A DNA stretch of 38,268 nucleotides from Paraglomus brasilianum (lineage: Eukaryota), in assembly GCA_910592345.1 (NCBI GenBank), contig CAJVPI010000260.1:1-38268 (forward strand), in the 5' to 3' direction. A program made the translations under genes and the position numbers. The notes under the pieces were generated by a model. The model saw only the letters and a list, made by a program, of their open reading frames with translations. It had not been told where the DNA came from and did not search any database. This document shows positions 36,507 through 38,268 of the stretch, one piece after another (within the stretch, counting starts at the first letter, position 1; every line of letters begins with the position of its first letter).

Positions 36507-38268
36507 ATGTCATTAGTTCCAAGGATTAATAATCCAGTAATTGACAACTTGGTTCAATCCTCCTCAAGACTTGAATGGATTCATTACGAGGAAATCACCA
36601 ACATAAAACCAACTCAAATTGACAACGTCTATTCTGCTGTTCACAGTGATCGCATGGTAGTACTGGTATTCCTTGGAAATGATGAAATATGTACACTTGT
36701 AAGTGAGTTTGCTAGAATATACTCACTTCCAACACACGAATACAACAATGATGTCAGTCAATTTAGACGATATTCCAAATGGCTTAGCAGTCGCAACAAT
36801 CTCATAAAGGGATTTACCAAGCATGACGACAACTATTGCATGGTTGCTGATGAACCCTTTTACCATTATTATTCTCTCTATGGGTTCTGCTCCGCATGTG
36901 GAATACTCTGATGTAGTCCAGTGTGGTGCATTTGCGGACATAAGGAATTATCTGATGGATGGACTAGCAACAATAAGCAACTCGACGAGTTTATCAAGAA
37001 ATCTCAATTACAAACAAACTCTGCAAATGATGCCTATTTGGAATGGATTCCATTTGATTGTATTCATGAATATGGACACTTGTATGGACTACCTACTCGT
37101 ATATATGTTGAATTGATTCCACTTGAGATAACAGACGAGACACATTATTTATATTATGCCGAGGTAAACTATTTACTTATGCGTCATGTTTATTGAATAG
37201 TTTAGGCGATTATTGACTTATGTATCATTTCCACTAGTTATGTGATAAGCATCCGGATATTCTTACCACGGATGTTTGGGTTACCATCGGATTCACATAT
37301 GATACACATAAACAAGAGTATTGTCTGATAAAACGTGAGGATGGCTTATGTCTGGGGTGTGCAAGTCAATTAAACCCCAAGATAAATCTATTCTCTTATG
37401 AATGTAAAGCACCAAGACCTGCTGATTGGACGACTGGCAACAAGTCTTTGGATTCATTTCTAATAAAGTCGTGGAGTAATATGAAGTATATATTCGATGC
37501 GTACATACAATGGATTGAATACTGTCTATTGACAAACATACAAGAGATGACATCATTACGCCATGGATGCACACATATAGCAGAATGGACAACAAATGAA
37601 TTGACAAGTGTGACACTCAAAAAGATAGTTGAAGGGGATGATCAGTTATTTGATTTTCATCAGGTAAATTATTTCACGCGTAAAATGCAAGTAGTATTAC
37701 TAACGTGTGTATCAAGCAGATTATTGTTGTAACGACTGTATTTGTTTACTCAAACAGCTAACTAAGGAATATCCAGAGATATTAACACCCGAGAATATTT
37801 GGATAATTGGGATTGCTCAGAAGCCATCTACTCGAGAATATTATTTAGTTTTCTACCACGACGTACATGCACTATTGGACAAGTTTATACAACTTAACGA
37901 TGATATTGAATACATAAAGTATAGCGACTTTTACGAGCTCAAAGAGATCGGATCTGGTGGTTATGGAACCGTTTATACTGCCAACTATAACAAGTATTCA
38001 GCAGAAGAGTATCAGAATATACCATCAACTGTTGTATTCAAACGGTTTAAGAGTTTTAATGAAACGCCAGAATTATTTATTTCCGAGGTAAGCAATAATT
38101 GATAGTATTAATTAAAGTGATATTTAATTTGACACTGTATTTGTTTCTATTCAACATAATCCTTTCCTTAAAATTTATGGAGTGACACAAGACCCAGAAA
38201 CAAAAGAGTACGTGATTGTTATGCAATATGCTAACAATGGTAGTCTTTTGTCTTATTTGGATCAAAAT
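36507..38268 (+). pseudogene. Tyrosine-kinase-like kinase with repeated degenerate N-lobe modules, probably disrupted; runs off the window
   Basis: EIGSGGYGTVY, VVFKRF, IYGVTQDPETKEYVIVMQYANNGSL; introns after 37163, 37663 and 38087; in-frame TGA 36909-36911 within CSACGIL*CSPVWCIC; no usable AG acceptor before HNPFLKIYG. Confidence 0.8.

Noticed and set aside
36909..36911. In-frame TGA in a Cys-rich kinase segment as selenocysteine or readthrough
   Set aside because: Simplest explanation is CGA-to-TGA; no SECIS-like element seen, and the gene has a second apparent lesion (missing splice acceptor).

Overview
Eukaryotic (fungal) nuclear DNA with short GT-AG introns. The expanded tyrosine-kinase-like (TKL) genes and AT-rich transposon debris suggest an arbuscular mycorrhizal or related Mucoromycota fungus; that placement is inferred, not searched. 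Host genes: the 3' end of a TKL kinase, tRNA-Leu(CAA), a 9-exon CDC10-type septin, a MAN1/Src1-like inner nuclear membrane gene, a ROM1/ROM2-type RhoGEF with a polyQ N-terminus, and a probably pseudogenised multi-repeat TKL kinase. The most notable region is a ~5.4 kb island (8007-13371) bracketed by ~145 bp inverted repeats. It holds a MITE, a CpG-eroded P-loop NTPase plus PD-(D/E)xK nuclease pseudogene, a CpG-rich Sola-like transposase with TGA at likely Trp positions, a membrane-protein fragment that reads sensibly only with TGA=Trp (genetic code 4, consistent with Mollicutes-related endobacterial DNA), and an 85-aa ORF whose second copy differs mostly at synonymous sites. The 21.6-27.3 kb and 32.3-35 kb regions are transposon graveyards: Helitron-like end, Tc1 halves, a MULE-type MITE with a 9-bp TSD, a second Sola copy, a captured kinase fragment and a Gypsy gag remnant. 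All alignments and counts were done by eye.
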